Part shown: piece by piece, positions 1-8,619 of the stretch | How positions within the stretch are numbered: position 1 is the stretch's first letter | Layout of the letters: the number at the start of each line of letters is the position of its first letter | Source: an uncultured Clostridia bacterium | GTDB lineage: Bacteria > Bacillota > Clostridia > Christensenellales > CAG-917 | DNA length: 64,000 nucleotides | Direction: 5' to 3' | Assembly: GCA_934277645.1 (NCBI GenBank) | Contig: CAKQUX010000003.1 | Location: forward strand, 981-64,980 | The notes under the pieces: generated by a model | What the model was told of the DNA's origin: nothing | Seen by the model: the letters and a program-made list of their open reading frames with translations, nothing else | Database searches by the model: none | Program-made: the position numbers and the translations under genes

Positions 1-490
1 GAAACATTAGAAATGAAAAGAATTTAATTTTGTTATATAGTGTCTAGGTAAGGGCGAAAGAATTGCATTTAAAATAGATTTAGGCAATGAATTTAGGAGA
101 AATCGTTTATCATAATTGTTAGGCAAATATTAGAAATAAAAAGAAAATCGTTTTATTAGATTAACCGATTGCTTATTGTAATTTTATTATTGTGCAAGGG
201 TTAAACGATGTTATGTCAGTTCCGAAAATGCGACAGCACTTGAAGTGCGGAAACGGTAGTTAAAGAAAGCACTGCTTAGTTGTGCTTTCCTTTAACTCAT
301 TTCTAGGTGATTGCGAATTAATCTAAATAGCGTTAAAGCAAGAGTTAGACAATTGTTTAAAATGAATTTACAGCCTATAAGGTTTGGGAAACATTATAGT
401 AAAATTATGTTTTGCTTTAAACCATATTGCAACTTGTTATTTAGCTTGAACGATAAACAGCGTTATACCAATCGCTACTTATGCGAACCT

Positions 491-597
491 ATTATTATGC
501 CAATAGATTTTTCTCTAATGCTATTTAGTTTCAACTACCTTTCTACTATCTTGTATTCCGCATCGGTGATTGTTAGTTTTAAATCGGCAACGAAATT
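491..597 (-). pseudogene. Decayed duplicate of the copA 3' end (HMA-domain C-terminal fragment plus downstream flank)
   Basis: 491-588 aligns by eye (roughly three quarters identical) with 717-814, which spans the copA stop. Minus-strand reading of 597-535 gives NFVADLKLTITDAEYKIVER*, compared with the copA C-terminus DDAALKSAITDAGYEVVEIK*. No intact ORF precedes it. Confidence 0.5.
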
Positions 598-757
598 ATA
601 ACAAATAAAGTTTGTGTAATATTGTAGCCACGCTTCATTCAAAACTAAAAATATTACGTTATTGCGATTAAGCCGCTTGATAATTGCATTATGCTAATCA
701 ATTATTATATTAAATAATTATTATGCCAATCGATTTTATGCTAACGCTATTTTATAA

Positions 758-3487
758 CTATTTAATTTCGACTACTTCGTAGCCTGCATCGGTGATTGCT
801 GACTTTAAAGCGGCGTCGTCTACAGGGTTAGAAAGATTTACGATTGCGCATTTCTTTTTCAATGAAACGTCAACCGATTTAACTCCGTCGATTGCCGCAA
901 GAGCGTTTTTTACGTGCATAGAGCAGTGTTCGCACATCATTCCGTTGATAAAGATTTGTTTCTTCATGGTTTTCATAGTTTCTCCTTCTGCAACGTCAAA
1001 GTCGTTGCAATATGATAAATTATTTATTTCGTTTGAAATTGTTTGATTGCAATTTTTGATGCTTTTGTCTGTGCCGCAAAAAGCTGTGAGTTCTTCGCTT
1101 GAAGTGTTCTTGACAGTTTCGTCCGCTTTTTTACTTGTGGCATTGTCGGAAGCGTCTAAAACGTCTTCATCTTTTATCTCTTGCTTTGTTTCTTGCGCGT
1201 GCTTCAATTCTTTTAGTTTTTCATAAACAACCTTATCGTCGAACTGAGCTTTGCGTTTTTTAGACGTATGTTTGTTTGGATTTGCGAGATTAAGTCGTAA
1301 TGCGTTAAGCACTACGCAAACGCTTGATAAGCTCATTGCCGCCGCGCCAATCATAGGATTCAAGGTCAAATTCATAGGCGGCATTGAGAAAACGCCTGCC
1401 GCAATCGGAATACAAATGCAGTTATATATAAAAGCCCAAAACAGGTTTTCTTTTACGTTCAATAGAGTTTTTCTTGAAAGAGTGATTGCTTTCGTTACGT
1501 CGGCTAAGCTAGATTTCATCAATACGACGTCTGCGCTGTCGATAGCGACGTCGGTTCCTGCGCCGATAGCTATTCCGATGTTTGCTTTTGTAAGGGCAGG
1601 CGCATCGTTTATGCCGTCGCCGACCATAATGACGTTTCCGTATTCTTTCAATGCTGCGATGGCATTGCATTTATCTTCTGGCAAAACGTCTGCAATTACT
1701 GTGTCGACGCCGCATAAATCGGCGACTGCTTGCGCGCTTGTTCTGTTGTCACCCGTCAACATAACGACTTTAAGTCCCTGGTTTTTTAATGTTGCAATCG
1801 CTTCCGCACTGTCGGGTTTAATTTCGTCCGCTATAGCAATGATGCCGATAAGTTTTTTATTCTTAGCCAAAAACAACGGGGTTTTTCCTTGTTTTGCCAA
1901 TTTTTCCGAAAGTTGTTCGTCTATTGCGATTTTGTTAGCCGTCATAAGCGAAGCGTTGCCCAATACAAAATCGCCCGAATCTATCGAACCTTCCAGCCCG
2001 TGGCCTGCAAGCGTCTTGAAATTCGTAACAGTCGATAATTTCAAACTTAACTCTTCGGCCTTTGAAATTACGGCATAAGCGATAGGGTGTTCGCTACCTT
2101 TTTCAAGACTTGCCGCAAGCGAAATTATTTCGTCTTCGGGAAACTCTTCAATTCCTATAACGTCGGTCACAATCGGCTTGCCTTTTGTTATCGTACCCGT
2201 TTTGTCAAGGGCAATTATATCGGCTTTTCCCGTTTGTTCCAATGCGGCCGCCGTCTTGAACAGAATTCCCGCTCTTGCGCTTTTTCCGCTTCCGACCATA
2301 ATTGCGACGGGAGTAGCAAGTCCCAAAGCGCAAGGACAGCTGATGACCAAAACGCTTATCGCATGAGTAAGCGACGTTGCGAGATTTTTTGTGACGGCAA
2401 TCCAAACGATAAATACCAAAGTGGCTATTGCAATGACCGTCGGAACAAATATGCCCGAAACTTTGTCTGCGATAAGGGCGATGGGAGCTTTTGAACTCGA
2501 AGCGTCTTGCACGAGTTTTATGATTTTTCCCAGCGTTGCTTCTTCGCCGACTTTTACCGCTTTGACCGTCAGAAATCCGTTAAGATTGGTCGTTCCCGAA
2601 ATTACGTTGTCGCCGACAGCTTTATATACGGGCATACTTTCGCCCGTTACCGACGCTTCGTTTACAGACGATTCGCCCGAAACTATTTCGCCGTCGCAAG
2701 GGAAGTTTTCGCCTGCTCGAATAACAAACAAATCGCCGACTTTAAGTTCGGAAATAGGAATTTCTTTTTCTTCGCCGTCAACTAAAATTCGGACGACGTT
2801 CGGTGCGAGAGCGATAAGTCCTTTGATTGCGGAGGTCGTTTTGCCTTTGCTGTACGCTTCGAGCATTTTTCCGAGAGTTATCAGCACGAGAATCATCGCC
2901 GCCGATTCAAAATACAACTTATGCGGCAAATGCATTGCGTGCGACGGATTTACTGCGGCATCGATCATAAGAGCAACGCTGTAAATGAAAGAAATGCCGC
3001 TTCCCATAGATACGAGCGTGTCCATATTAGGCGCGCCGTGGAACAGGCTTTTCGTTCCGTTTATAAAGAATTTTCCGTTGACAACCATTATGATAAGAGC
3101 GAAGGCAAGTTCGTACCAAGCTATGGCAAAAGGTTTTGACATAAAGCTTTTCGTCATAGGGAAGTCGAACATAACAGCGCCCATAGAAACGTACATAAGC
3201 GGAATTAAAAGGGCAAGTGACACGACAAACCTGATTAATAATTTGACGGTCGGGTTGAGTTTTTCCTTTTTTGAGTTGTTCGCGCTCTCCGCCTTATATC
3301 CGGCATCGCTGACTGCTTTTTCAATGGTTTTTTCGTCGGCAGGGGCATCGAATTCGACAACCATAGAGTTTGTCAGCAGATTGACGGCAACGCTTTTAAC
3401 GCCGTCGACGTGCCCCACGACTTTTTCGACCCTTGCGCTACAAGCAGAGCAAGTCATTCCGTAAACGTTGAAACGAAGTTTTTCCAT
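758..3487 (-). CDS. copA: Copper-translocating P1B-type ATPase with N-terminal and extra C-terminal heavy-metal-associated (HMA) domains
   Basis: Long ORF 758-3517. Preferred start is MEKLRF at 3487 (AAAGGA 5 nt upstream). Motifs: GMTCSACSARVEKV (HMA), SCPCALGLATP (CPC), DKTGTITKG (phosphorylation site), MLTGDN, VGDGINDAPAL, and a second HMA (NGMMCEHCSMHV) at the C-terminus. Confidence 0.92.
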   Translation of the reverse strand: MEKLRFNVYGMTCSACSARVEKVVGHVDGVKSVAVNLLTNSMVVEFDAPADEKTIEKAVSDAGYKAESANNSKKEKLNPTVKLLIRFVVSLALLIPLMYVSMGAVMFDFPMTKSFMSKPFAIAWYELAFALIIMVVNGKFFINGTKSLFHGAPNMDTLVSMGSGISFIYSVALMIDAAVNPSHAMHLPHKLYFESAAMILVLITLGKMLEAYSKGKTTSAIKGLIALAPNVVRILVDGEEKEIPISELKVGDLFVIRAGENFPCDGEIVSGESSVNEASVTGESMPVYKAVGDNVISGTTNLNGFLTVKAVKVGEEATLGKIIKLVQDASSSKAPIALIADKVSGIFVPTVIAIATLVFIVWIAVTKNLATSLTHAISVLVISCPCALGLATPVAIMVGSGKSARAGILFKTAAALEQTGKADIIALDKTGTITKGKPIVTDVIGIEEFPEDEIISLAASLEKGSEHPIAYAVISKAEELSLKLSTVTNFKTLAGHGLEGSIDSGDFVLGNASLMTANKIAIDEQLSEKLAKQGKTPLFLAKNKKLIGIIAIADEIKPDSAEAIATLKNQGLKVVMLTGDNRTSAQAVADLCGVDTVIADVLPEDKCNAIAALKEYGNVIMVGDGINDAPALTKANIGIAIGAGTDVAIDSADVVLMKSSLADVTKAITLSRKTLLNVKENLFWAFIYNCICIPIAAGVFSMPPMNLTLNPMIGAAAMSLSSVCVVLNALRLNLANPNKHTSKKRKAQFDDKVVYEKLKELKHAQETKQEIKDEDVLDASDNATSKKADETVKNTSSEELTAFCGTDKSIKNCNQTISNEINNLSYCNDFDVAEGETMKTMKKQIFINGMMCEHCSMHVKNALAAIDGVKSVDVSLKKKCAIVNLSNPVDDAALKSAITDAGYEVVEIK

Positions 3488-3608
3488 ATTATCCTTTTGT
3501 GCAAAGCTAATTTGCATTTTATAAAATTTTCACGAAGAAATAGCGTTGCGTTTGACTTAAAATCGCAACCTTCTAACGGCGTTGCAATGCGACGTGGCAA
3601 CAATATTA

Positions 3609-3923
3609 TTATTTTAGTTTTTTCATAAGTTCAATCACTTCCGCTAAAATCTCCGAATTTCCTTCTTTGATGCTTTCGACAACGCACGTTTCGAGATGAT
3701 TTTTCAAAATCATGTATCCGAGATTTTGCAGAGCGTTTTCCGCAGCAGAAAGCTGAATTAAAACATCGCCGCAATAACGATTTTCGTTTATCATATTTTT
3801 TATGCCGCCAAGTTGCCCGATAATACGATTAAGACGGTCGTTTAAGGTTTTCAATTCTTCCTCGCTTCTCGGAGTATTCTTTGTTCTCTCACAGCAATGG
3901 CAGGTTTTGTTGCAGTTTTCCAT
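3609..3923 (-). CDS. csoR: CsoR-family (DUF156) copper-sensing transcriptional repressor
   Basis: 104 aa with the CsoR/RcnR-type helical pattern LNRIIGQLGGIKNMINENRYCGDVLIQLSAAENALQNLG...LKNHLETCV. It lies directly upstream of copA on the same strand. Confidence 0.8.
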   Translation of the reverse strand: MENCNKTCHCCERTKNTPRSEEELKTLNDRLNRIIGQLGGIKNMINENRYCGDVLIQLSAAENALQNLGYMILKNHLETCVVESIKEGNSEILAEVIELMKKLK

Positions 3924-3955
3924 ATAAGTTCCTTTTGCCTAACGGGCAGTTTATT

Positions 3956-3978
3956 TATATACCCTATGGGGGTATATA
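3956..3978. promoter_or_regulatory. Putative CsoR operator: perfect 9-bp inverted repeat TATATACCC-N5-GGGTATATA
   Basis: The palindrome is read directly from the sequence, 33 nt upstream of the csoR start codon. It matches my recollection of Firmicute CsoR boxes (ATACC...GGGGGTAT type). Confidence 0.6.
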
Positions 3979-3992
3979 AATTTTATATCCGA

Positions 3993-4230
3993 AATAAGCA
4001 AATGTCAACGGATAAATGAAAAAATTAACGCTACCATAGGTTAATTTTTGCGTGGATTTTGCCAAACAAAATCGATAAAAATTGAAAATAGGCAAGTTGG
4101 CAAATGGACAAATGCTAAAATTGCCATAACAACTATCCGATAAGTTTTGCGTGGACTTTGCCAAACAAAATCGTTATATATTAAATAGGCGAGCGGTAAA
4201 TGGGTAAGTGCTAAAATCGCCATAACAACT
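3993..4230. repeat. Tandem direct repeat, unit about 99 bp, about 2.5 copies
   Basis: Copies at 4042-4134 and 4141-4230 (TTTTGCGTGGAyTTTGCCAAACAAAATCG...GCTAAAATyGCCATAACAACT), plus a partial diverged copy at 3993-4041. The track ORFs at 3964-4235 only mirror the repeat. Confidence 0.75.
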
Positions 4231-4394
4231 TGCAATACGTTTTTTAAATCACTTCGTGCCGATATATTGCCTATAAAGTTTGCATAAAAAGCATAAATAT
4301 TTTTAAAATGTTAAAAACGATATTTTGCGGTGAAGTCGAGGTTAAAAAAACTTGCTACGTATTAAATTTGCCTTATTATAATCGGTGTGTAAAA

Positions 4395-4439
4395 TTAAAA
4401 ACCATCGGTTGACGGCGGCGTGGCAAGCGGTATTTTTTT
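4395..4439 (-). pseudogene. Remnant copy of the 3' end of the adjacent glycosylase gene
   Basis: Minus-strand reading gives KKIPLATPPSTDGF*, compared with the C-terminus KKALLATPPTANKF* of the gene at 4599-5087. The DNA at 4395-4437 resembles 4599-4643. Confidence 0.45.
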
Positions 4440-4598
4440 GTCGAATTAAATCGTAATAGTGGCGGCAAAATTTCGATTGATTTAGCAGGTTGGTTTTACT
4501 AGTTAAATAAAACACTCGTTATTTTATTCTGTTTATGATTTTCATTCGTTATTCTATTTTGTTTATGTTTCCCTTATTACCATAATTGACGCACGAAA

Positions 4599-5087
4599 TT
4601 AAAATTTGTTGGCTGTCGGTGGCGTGGCGAGCAATGCCTTTTTCCATTGTTTGAAATCGAAGCGAACGTTTGCGGGACTTGTGGACGGAAGATAAAAACA
4701 AATTTTGTTTAACAGCGGATATGCTTTTTTGAACAACTTTTTTGCAGTTCCGCCGTTGATTAAAATTTTATTCACGTTTGCAACCTTAAAAATTTGCGTC
4801 ATGTCGCATACGGTCGGATTTTTAATGTTAGCGTCAAGAGAGCCTACAATTTCGCAACTTGTGACAACGTCCCAAAGCGCAATTTTGTGTCTTGTCAGAA
4901 AGCACTTTTTTTCTTCGACGGTTTCGCAAATCTTTTCGCCATAAATCTCGGCGAGAGTTTTCCAAAATCTATTCAATTTGTTGCCGTAATAAAAATTCTC
5001 TTCCCTTGATTTTACGCTGGGGAAGCTACCCAAAATCAAAATTTCGGAATCGGAATTTACAAACGGTTCAAAAGCGTGAATCATCAT
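4599..5087 (-). CDS. Uracil-DNA glycosylase superfamily protein, DNA-deoxyinosine (hypoxanthine-DNA) glycosylase-like
   Basis: 162 aa. ILILGSFPSVKS...NRFWKTL...ALWDVV.SCE..GSLD.NIK...LPSTSPAN matches the family-6-like UDG pattern as I remember it. Confidence 0.7.
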   Translation of the reverse strand: MMIHAFEPFVNSDSEILILGSFPSVKSREENFYYGNKLNRFWKTLAEIYGEKICETVEEKKCFLTRHKIALWDVVTSCEIVGSLDANIKNPTVCDMTQIFKVANVNKILINGGTAKKLFKKAYPLLNKICFYLPSTSPANVRFDFKQWKKALLATPPTANKF

Positions 5088-5546
5088 ATCTACATATTAG
5101 CACGTTTTTACGTTAGAATTCTACTGTTTATCGGTGCCAATATGCAGATATTTAATTTTGTGGATATAATCATTTGCCGATATAAATCGTTGCGGCTTTA
5201 ATAATATAGTTTCGATTTGACTTTTCATTTGCATTATGCTTTCGGACTAAAAATTAGTTATACCTACGCTGTGCCGCAAAACATACAATTTTTAAAGATC
5301 GGCTCGGTCGTCGGCGTTTGTATCTGTTGTTTGCCGACAGCTTTTGGCGTCTAACTTGTTTGTTTGCGTAGGTTTTATATTTCCGAGTTTGTGTTTAGCG
5401 TCAAAACAGAACGCCGCTTTTGCCGACTTGGTTTGTCGCTTTGCAGTTTCCATAATTAAAAGCCGATGTGTTTTATAATGTCAGACGGTGTATCTTGTTT
5501 GTCGACCGCGTTTGTATGGTTCGCCGATTTTCACTGGCTGTTTTTT

Positions 5547-6110
5547 TTATTTTAAAAACTTAGGTTGAAACTGCTCGCCGCGTATTGCCTTTTCAAGCGT
5601 AGGCAGAATATATTCTCTTGCCGCAATCATCGAATTAGGTTTTTGCGCAGGGTCGTCCTGACTTATCGGAACGAAGAAGAAGTTTTTCGTATTGAGCAGA
5701 AGCCCTAAATTTTTGGCATTTGCTCCGAGAGAGTCGTTTGACGAAAGCGCGATGACAACCGGTCTATCGTTTCTCAGTTGCGCTTTTACGGCGAGCGTGA
5801 CGGGAGTGTCGCTTATGCCGTGCGCAATTTTCGAAAGACTGTTTCCCGTGCAAGGGCAAACGAGAACTGCGTCAAGATTCGCCTTTGCGATAGGCTCTGC
5901 GCCTTGCAAAGTCGAAATGACTTTTTTGCCCGTGATGCGTTCGACCTCGCTTCGGAAGTCTTCCGCTTTAAAAAATCGTGTATCGAGGTCGTAAACGTTG
6001 TAACTGAAAATCGGCGTAACGTCATAGCCTGCGTCGACAAGCTCGCTAAGCGTAATAAGCGTGTTTTTTAATGTGCAAAAAGAGCCGCACACGCAAAATC
6101 CTATTTTCAT
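5547..6110 (-). CDS. dpaB: Dipicolinate synthase subunit B (SpoVFB)
   Basis: 187 aa flavoprotein-type sequence: MKIGFCVCGSFCT...VCPCTGNSLSKIAHGISDTPVTLAVKAQLRN. It shares an ATGA start/stop overlap with dpaA. Confidence 0.85.
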   Translation of the reverse strand: MKIGFCVCGSFCTLKNTLITLSELVDAGYDVTPIFSYNVYDLDTRFFKAEDFRSEVERITGKKVISTLQGAEPIAKANLDAVLVCPCTGNSLSKIAHGISDTPVTLAVKAQLRNDRPVVIALSSNDSLGANAKNLGLLLNTKNFFFVPISQDDPAQKPNSMIAAREYILPTLEKAIRGEQFQPKFLK

Positions 6111-6808
6111 AAACCCTCCCTAAAAATAAAATCGCAAATCAATTTACCTGCCGATTTCGGATAAAACTTTGCAGGCATAGCGGGATAATATTTTGCGTCG
6201 ATTCCCGAAGCGGAAAGCTCGGCAAGCGGAAGGACGTCTTTCCCCGCAAGGTCGATATAGATTGCGCCGTATTTATGCGATTTGAAATTTACGTCTGAAA
6301 GTTTTGGCGACGTGTTTACAATTACGTCATAACCGTTAAAGTCGATTTTGTCCATATCGACTATTTTGTCGGCAAACGCTCCTGCTTGTCTTACCGAGCT
6401 TGTCGCAATATCGAGCTTGCCGCCAAGAGCGGTAAAATATCTCGCAAACGCCGAGCCTATTCGACCGAAGCCTATAAGAAGAAGTTTTAAATCGTATGGA
6501 GCAAGGTCGGTCTTGCTTAGTAGGTCTATTGCCGCAAGGGCGGTCAGCTTTGCGTTTTCCATTGTGAATATCTCGTCGCTTAGCAGGCAATGCGTATCAT
6601 AACCCGACAACATTCGTTTTGTTTCGTCGTCCATTTTTCCGTAAACCAAAACAAAATCGTTGAACGCCAAAATTTTATTCCAAACGAAATTGCTGTCAAG
6701 TTTAAGGTTGGGCGGCGTAATTATGCACAATTTTTCGTTTTTTTTGTCCGCAAGCGAGGCGCGGACATAGTTCATCCTTTCGTCGTCTCCCAAAACCAAA
6801 TAGTTCAT
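6107..6808 (-). CDS. dpaA: Dipicolinate synthase subunit A (SpoVFA)
   Basis: IGFGRIGSAFARYFTALGGKL (GxGxxG) and C-terminal PAMPAKFYPKSAGKL parallel B. subtilis SpoVFA. I moved the start to MNYLVLG at 6808 (GAGGGG SD), because the longer track ORF would run into the divergent gene. Confidence 0.8.
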   Translation of the reverse strand: MNYLVLGDDERMNYVRASLADKKNEKLCIITPPNLKLDSNFVWNKILAFNDFVLVYGKMDDETKRMLSGYDTHCLLSDEIFTMENAKLTALAAIDLLSKTDLAPYDLKLLLIGFGRIGSAFARYFTALGGKLDIATSSVRQAGAFADKIVDMDKIDFNGYDVIVNTSPKLSDVNFKSHKYGAIYIDLAGKDVLPLAELSASGIDAKYYPAMPAKFYPKSAGKLICDFIFREGL

Positions 6809-6896
6809 AAATCCCCTCACACGGTATACTATGAGTTTTTCGTTAGGTTGTGACACTTGTAAACGTCCGTCACATAAAATGCAGTGGGAGGCAGTT

Positions 6897-7892
6897 ATGG
6901 AAAAAAGATTGTTTTTGGGAGCGAATACATATCTTGGTTTCAAAAGTTATTTTGAAGACAGACTAAAATATTGCGACAAGGTATATATATTGAAAGGCGG
7001 CCCCGGCACGGGCAAAAGCACCCTGATGCGGAAAGTAGCAAATGCGGCAAAGGAAAGGAACTTAGACTATGAAACGTGGTATTGCAGCGGCGACGTAAAA
7101 AGCCTTGACGGCGTTTATATAAAGAGTCTGAAAACCGCAATAGTGGACGGAACAAGTCCGCACGCGATAGAAGCGTCCTTGCCGATAGTCAAAGACAAGG
7201 TGATAGCGTTAGGCGATTTTATCGATGAAAAAAAACTTTTGCCGCACGGCGAGGAAATAGCCGCGCTTTGCAAGGAGAAGGCAAATCGTTACGTCAAGGC
7301 GTATAGGCGGCTTAATCATGCAAAGCTGTGCCTTGACGAAATGAACGCCGATTTTTCGCCGTACGTTTCGATGCCGAAAATGACGCAAATATGTTCGTCG
7401 CTTGCTTATCACGTCAGAAAAGCCACAAAAGTTACGAAACAACTTTCAAGGGCAATTTCGCCGCAAGGCATAGTGTCGTTCGACGACCATTTAAAGGACA
7501 AGCAAATCGTTTCCGTCAAAGCGGACAGCGAAGTTCAACGTGAAATTTTCTTTGACAAAATGGCGCAAATGCTCTGCGGTTACGACGCCTATATGTCACC
7601 GCTCGGTGTGGGCATAGAAGGAATGGTTGTCGGCAGATATGCGATAGTTTTTGATAGACCCGACCTCGAAGCGCAGGAGACAGTGGACCTTAACGTCGCA
7701 TTAAAAAGGTCTTTTTCTGTCAGCGAATATGCTCAAAGCGAATATGAAAGACAAATAGGGCTTGCAATAGACGAGCTTGCAAAAGCAAGAGAGAATCACG
7801 TAAAAGTCGAAGAATTTTACGTCGAAGCAATGGACTTCTCAAAAGTCGGCTATGTAACCGAAAAAATAATCAAAGAGATATTCGCCGATTAA
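6897..7892 (+). CDS. P-loop NTPase of unknown function
   Basis: Walker A is GGPGTGKST. Start MEKRLF at 6897 has GGGAGG 5 nt upstream. The gene is divergent from dpaA with only 88 bp between the starts. Confidence 0.6.
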   Translation: MEKRLFLGANTYLGFKSYFEDRLKYCDKVYILKGGPGTGKSTLMRKVANAAKERNLDYETWYCSGDVKSLDGVYIKSLKTAIVDGTSPHAIEASLPIVKDKVIALGDFIDEKKLLPHGEEIAALCKEKANRYVKAYRRLNHAKLCLDEMNADFSPYVSMPKMTQICSSLAYHVRKATKVTKQLSRAISPQGIVSFDDHLKDKQIVSVKADSEVQREIFFDKMAQMLCGYDAYMSPLGVGIEGMVVGRYAIVFDRPDLEAQETVDLNVALKRSFSVSEYAQSEYERQIGLAIDELAKARENHVKVEEFYVEAMDFSKVGYVTEKIIKEIFAD

Positions 7893-8107
7893 AAAATTTT
7901 AAGTTTGACAAAATTTGGTTTAAAGAAAGAAAACCAAACGGACATTTTGCCGTATAACGAAATAAAGCCTTTATATAAAAGTATATAAAAGGTTTGAAAG
8001 TTTGGGTTTAGAACTTGGCGGTTTGTGAGTTTAGTGAACTTAAAACGCAAAGCGGATTTGGCAATTTGATTTAATATCGCGTGATTTTAATGTCGCAAAA
8101 CACCTGC

Positions 8108-8146
8108 TTACGTTGCCTCGTAGGCAGGTGTTTTTTTATAACAAAC
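8108..8146 (+). terminator. Rho-independent terminator-like hairpin
   Basis: AACACCTGC...GCAGGTGTT stem followed by a T6 run. It lies about 215 nt after the 7892 stop. Confidence 0.5.
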
Positions 8147-8514
8147 ACTCAACAGCAAACACTCAACAACAAACGCTAAACCGTTTGTCAAACAAATAGT
8201 GAAGAGGTCGACTTTTTATGAAAAGTAAATTTAAAGATTTATATTTATTATATAGATATAGCAAATTTTTCAGGCTTCCGTGATAGGCTGCATCGGATTT
8301 TAGACTATTCATTATATAGGACGTAGTAAATTCAGGCTTTCTTATAGGGTATAGTAAAAATTTTTAGGCTTCTCGTTATAACTCGCAGGCAAGTTTTGGC
8401 TTCTGTACGCGACGAGTTTTCGTTTTGTCGTGACGTTTTATCGTTATTTTGTCATAATTCCACAAATTGTTAGGCGCATAACGTCGTGCTAAAAGGATAG
8501 TTTTTATTTTTTCA

Positions 8515-8543
8515 TTGACATTGACTTTTAACTGGGTTAAAAT
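8515..8543 (+). promoter_or_regulatory. Sigma-A-type promoter candidate for the giant lipoprotein gene
   Basis: TTGACA, a 17-nt spacer, then TAAAAT, about 75 nt upstream of the ATG at 8620. Confidence 0.45.
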
Positions 8544-8619
8544 AGATACTGTATAATAGCCTAATAGTATGTAGTAGTATGCCTTCTAAGGCGTATCTGC
8601 AAAATAAGGGGGAGAGTAT

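Noticed and set aside
311-601. 96-aa plus-strand ORF at the window start
   Set aside because: It has no SD and begins with an alternative start codon. It runs across the decayed copA 3'-end duplicate on the wrong strand, so it is likely non-coding.
1251-2078. 275-aa plus-strand ORF, along with other ORFs at 792-3464 on the plus strand and 2205-2405 on the minus strand, inside copA
   Set aside because: These are antisense or alternate-frame shadow ORFs of a well-supported P-type ATPase gene. They have no SD sequences and show odd, low-complexity composition.
3993-4230. Possible CRISPR array (also considered for 15811-15940 and 26139-26210)
   Set aside because: The units are contiguous tandem repeats without unique spacers. 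The unit sizes (99, 16 and 32 bp) and the lack of any cas gene argue against CRISPR.
3964-4235. Two ORFs of about 65 aa on the minus strand upstream of csoR
   Set aside because: They lie entirely within the 99-bp tandem repeat, so their similarity is a DNA-repeat artefact. Neither has an SD.
6809-6943. N-terminal extensions of dpaA (to 6943) and of the P-loop gene (from 6831)
   Set aside because: The two extensions would overlap each other on opposite strands. Internal starts at 6808 and 6897 each have good SD sequences and match family N-termini.
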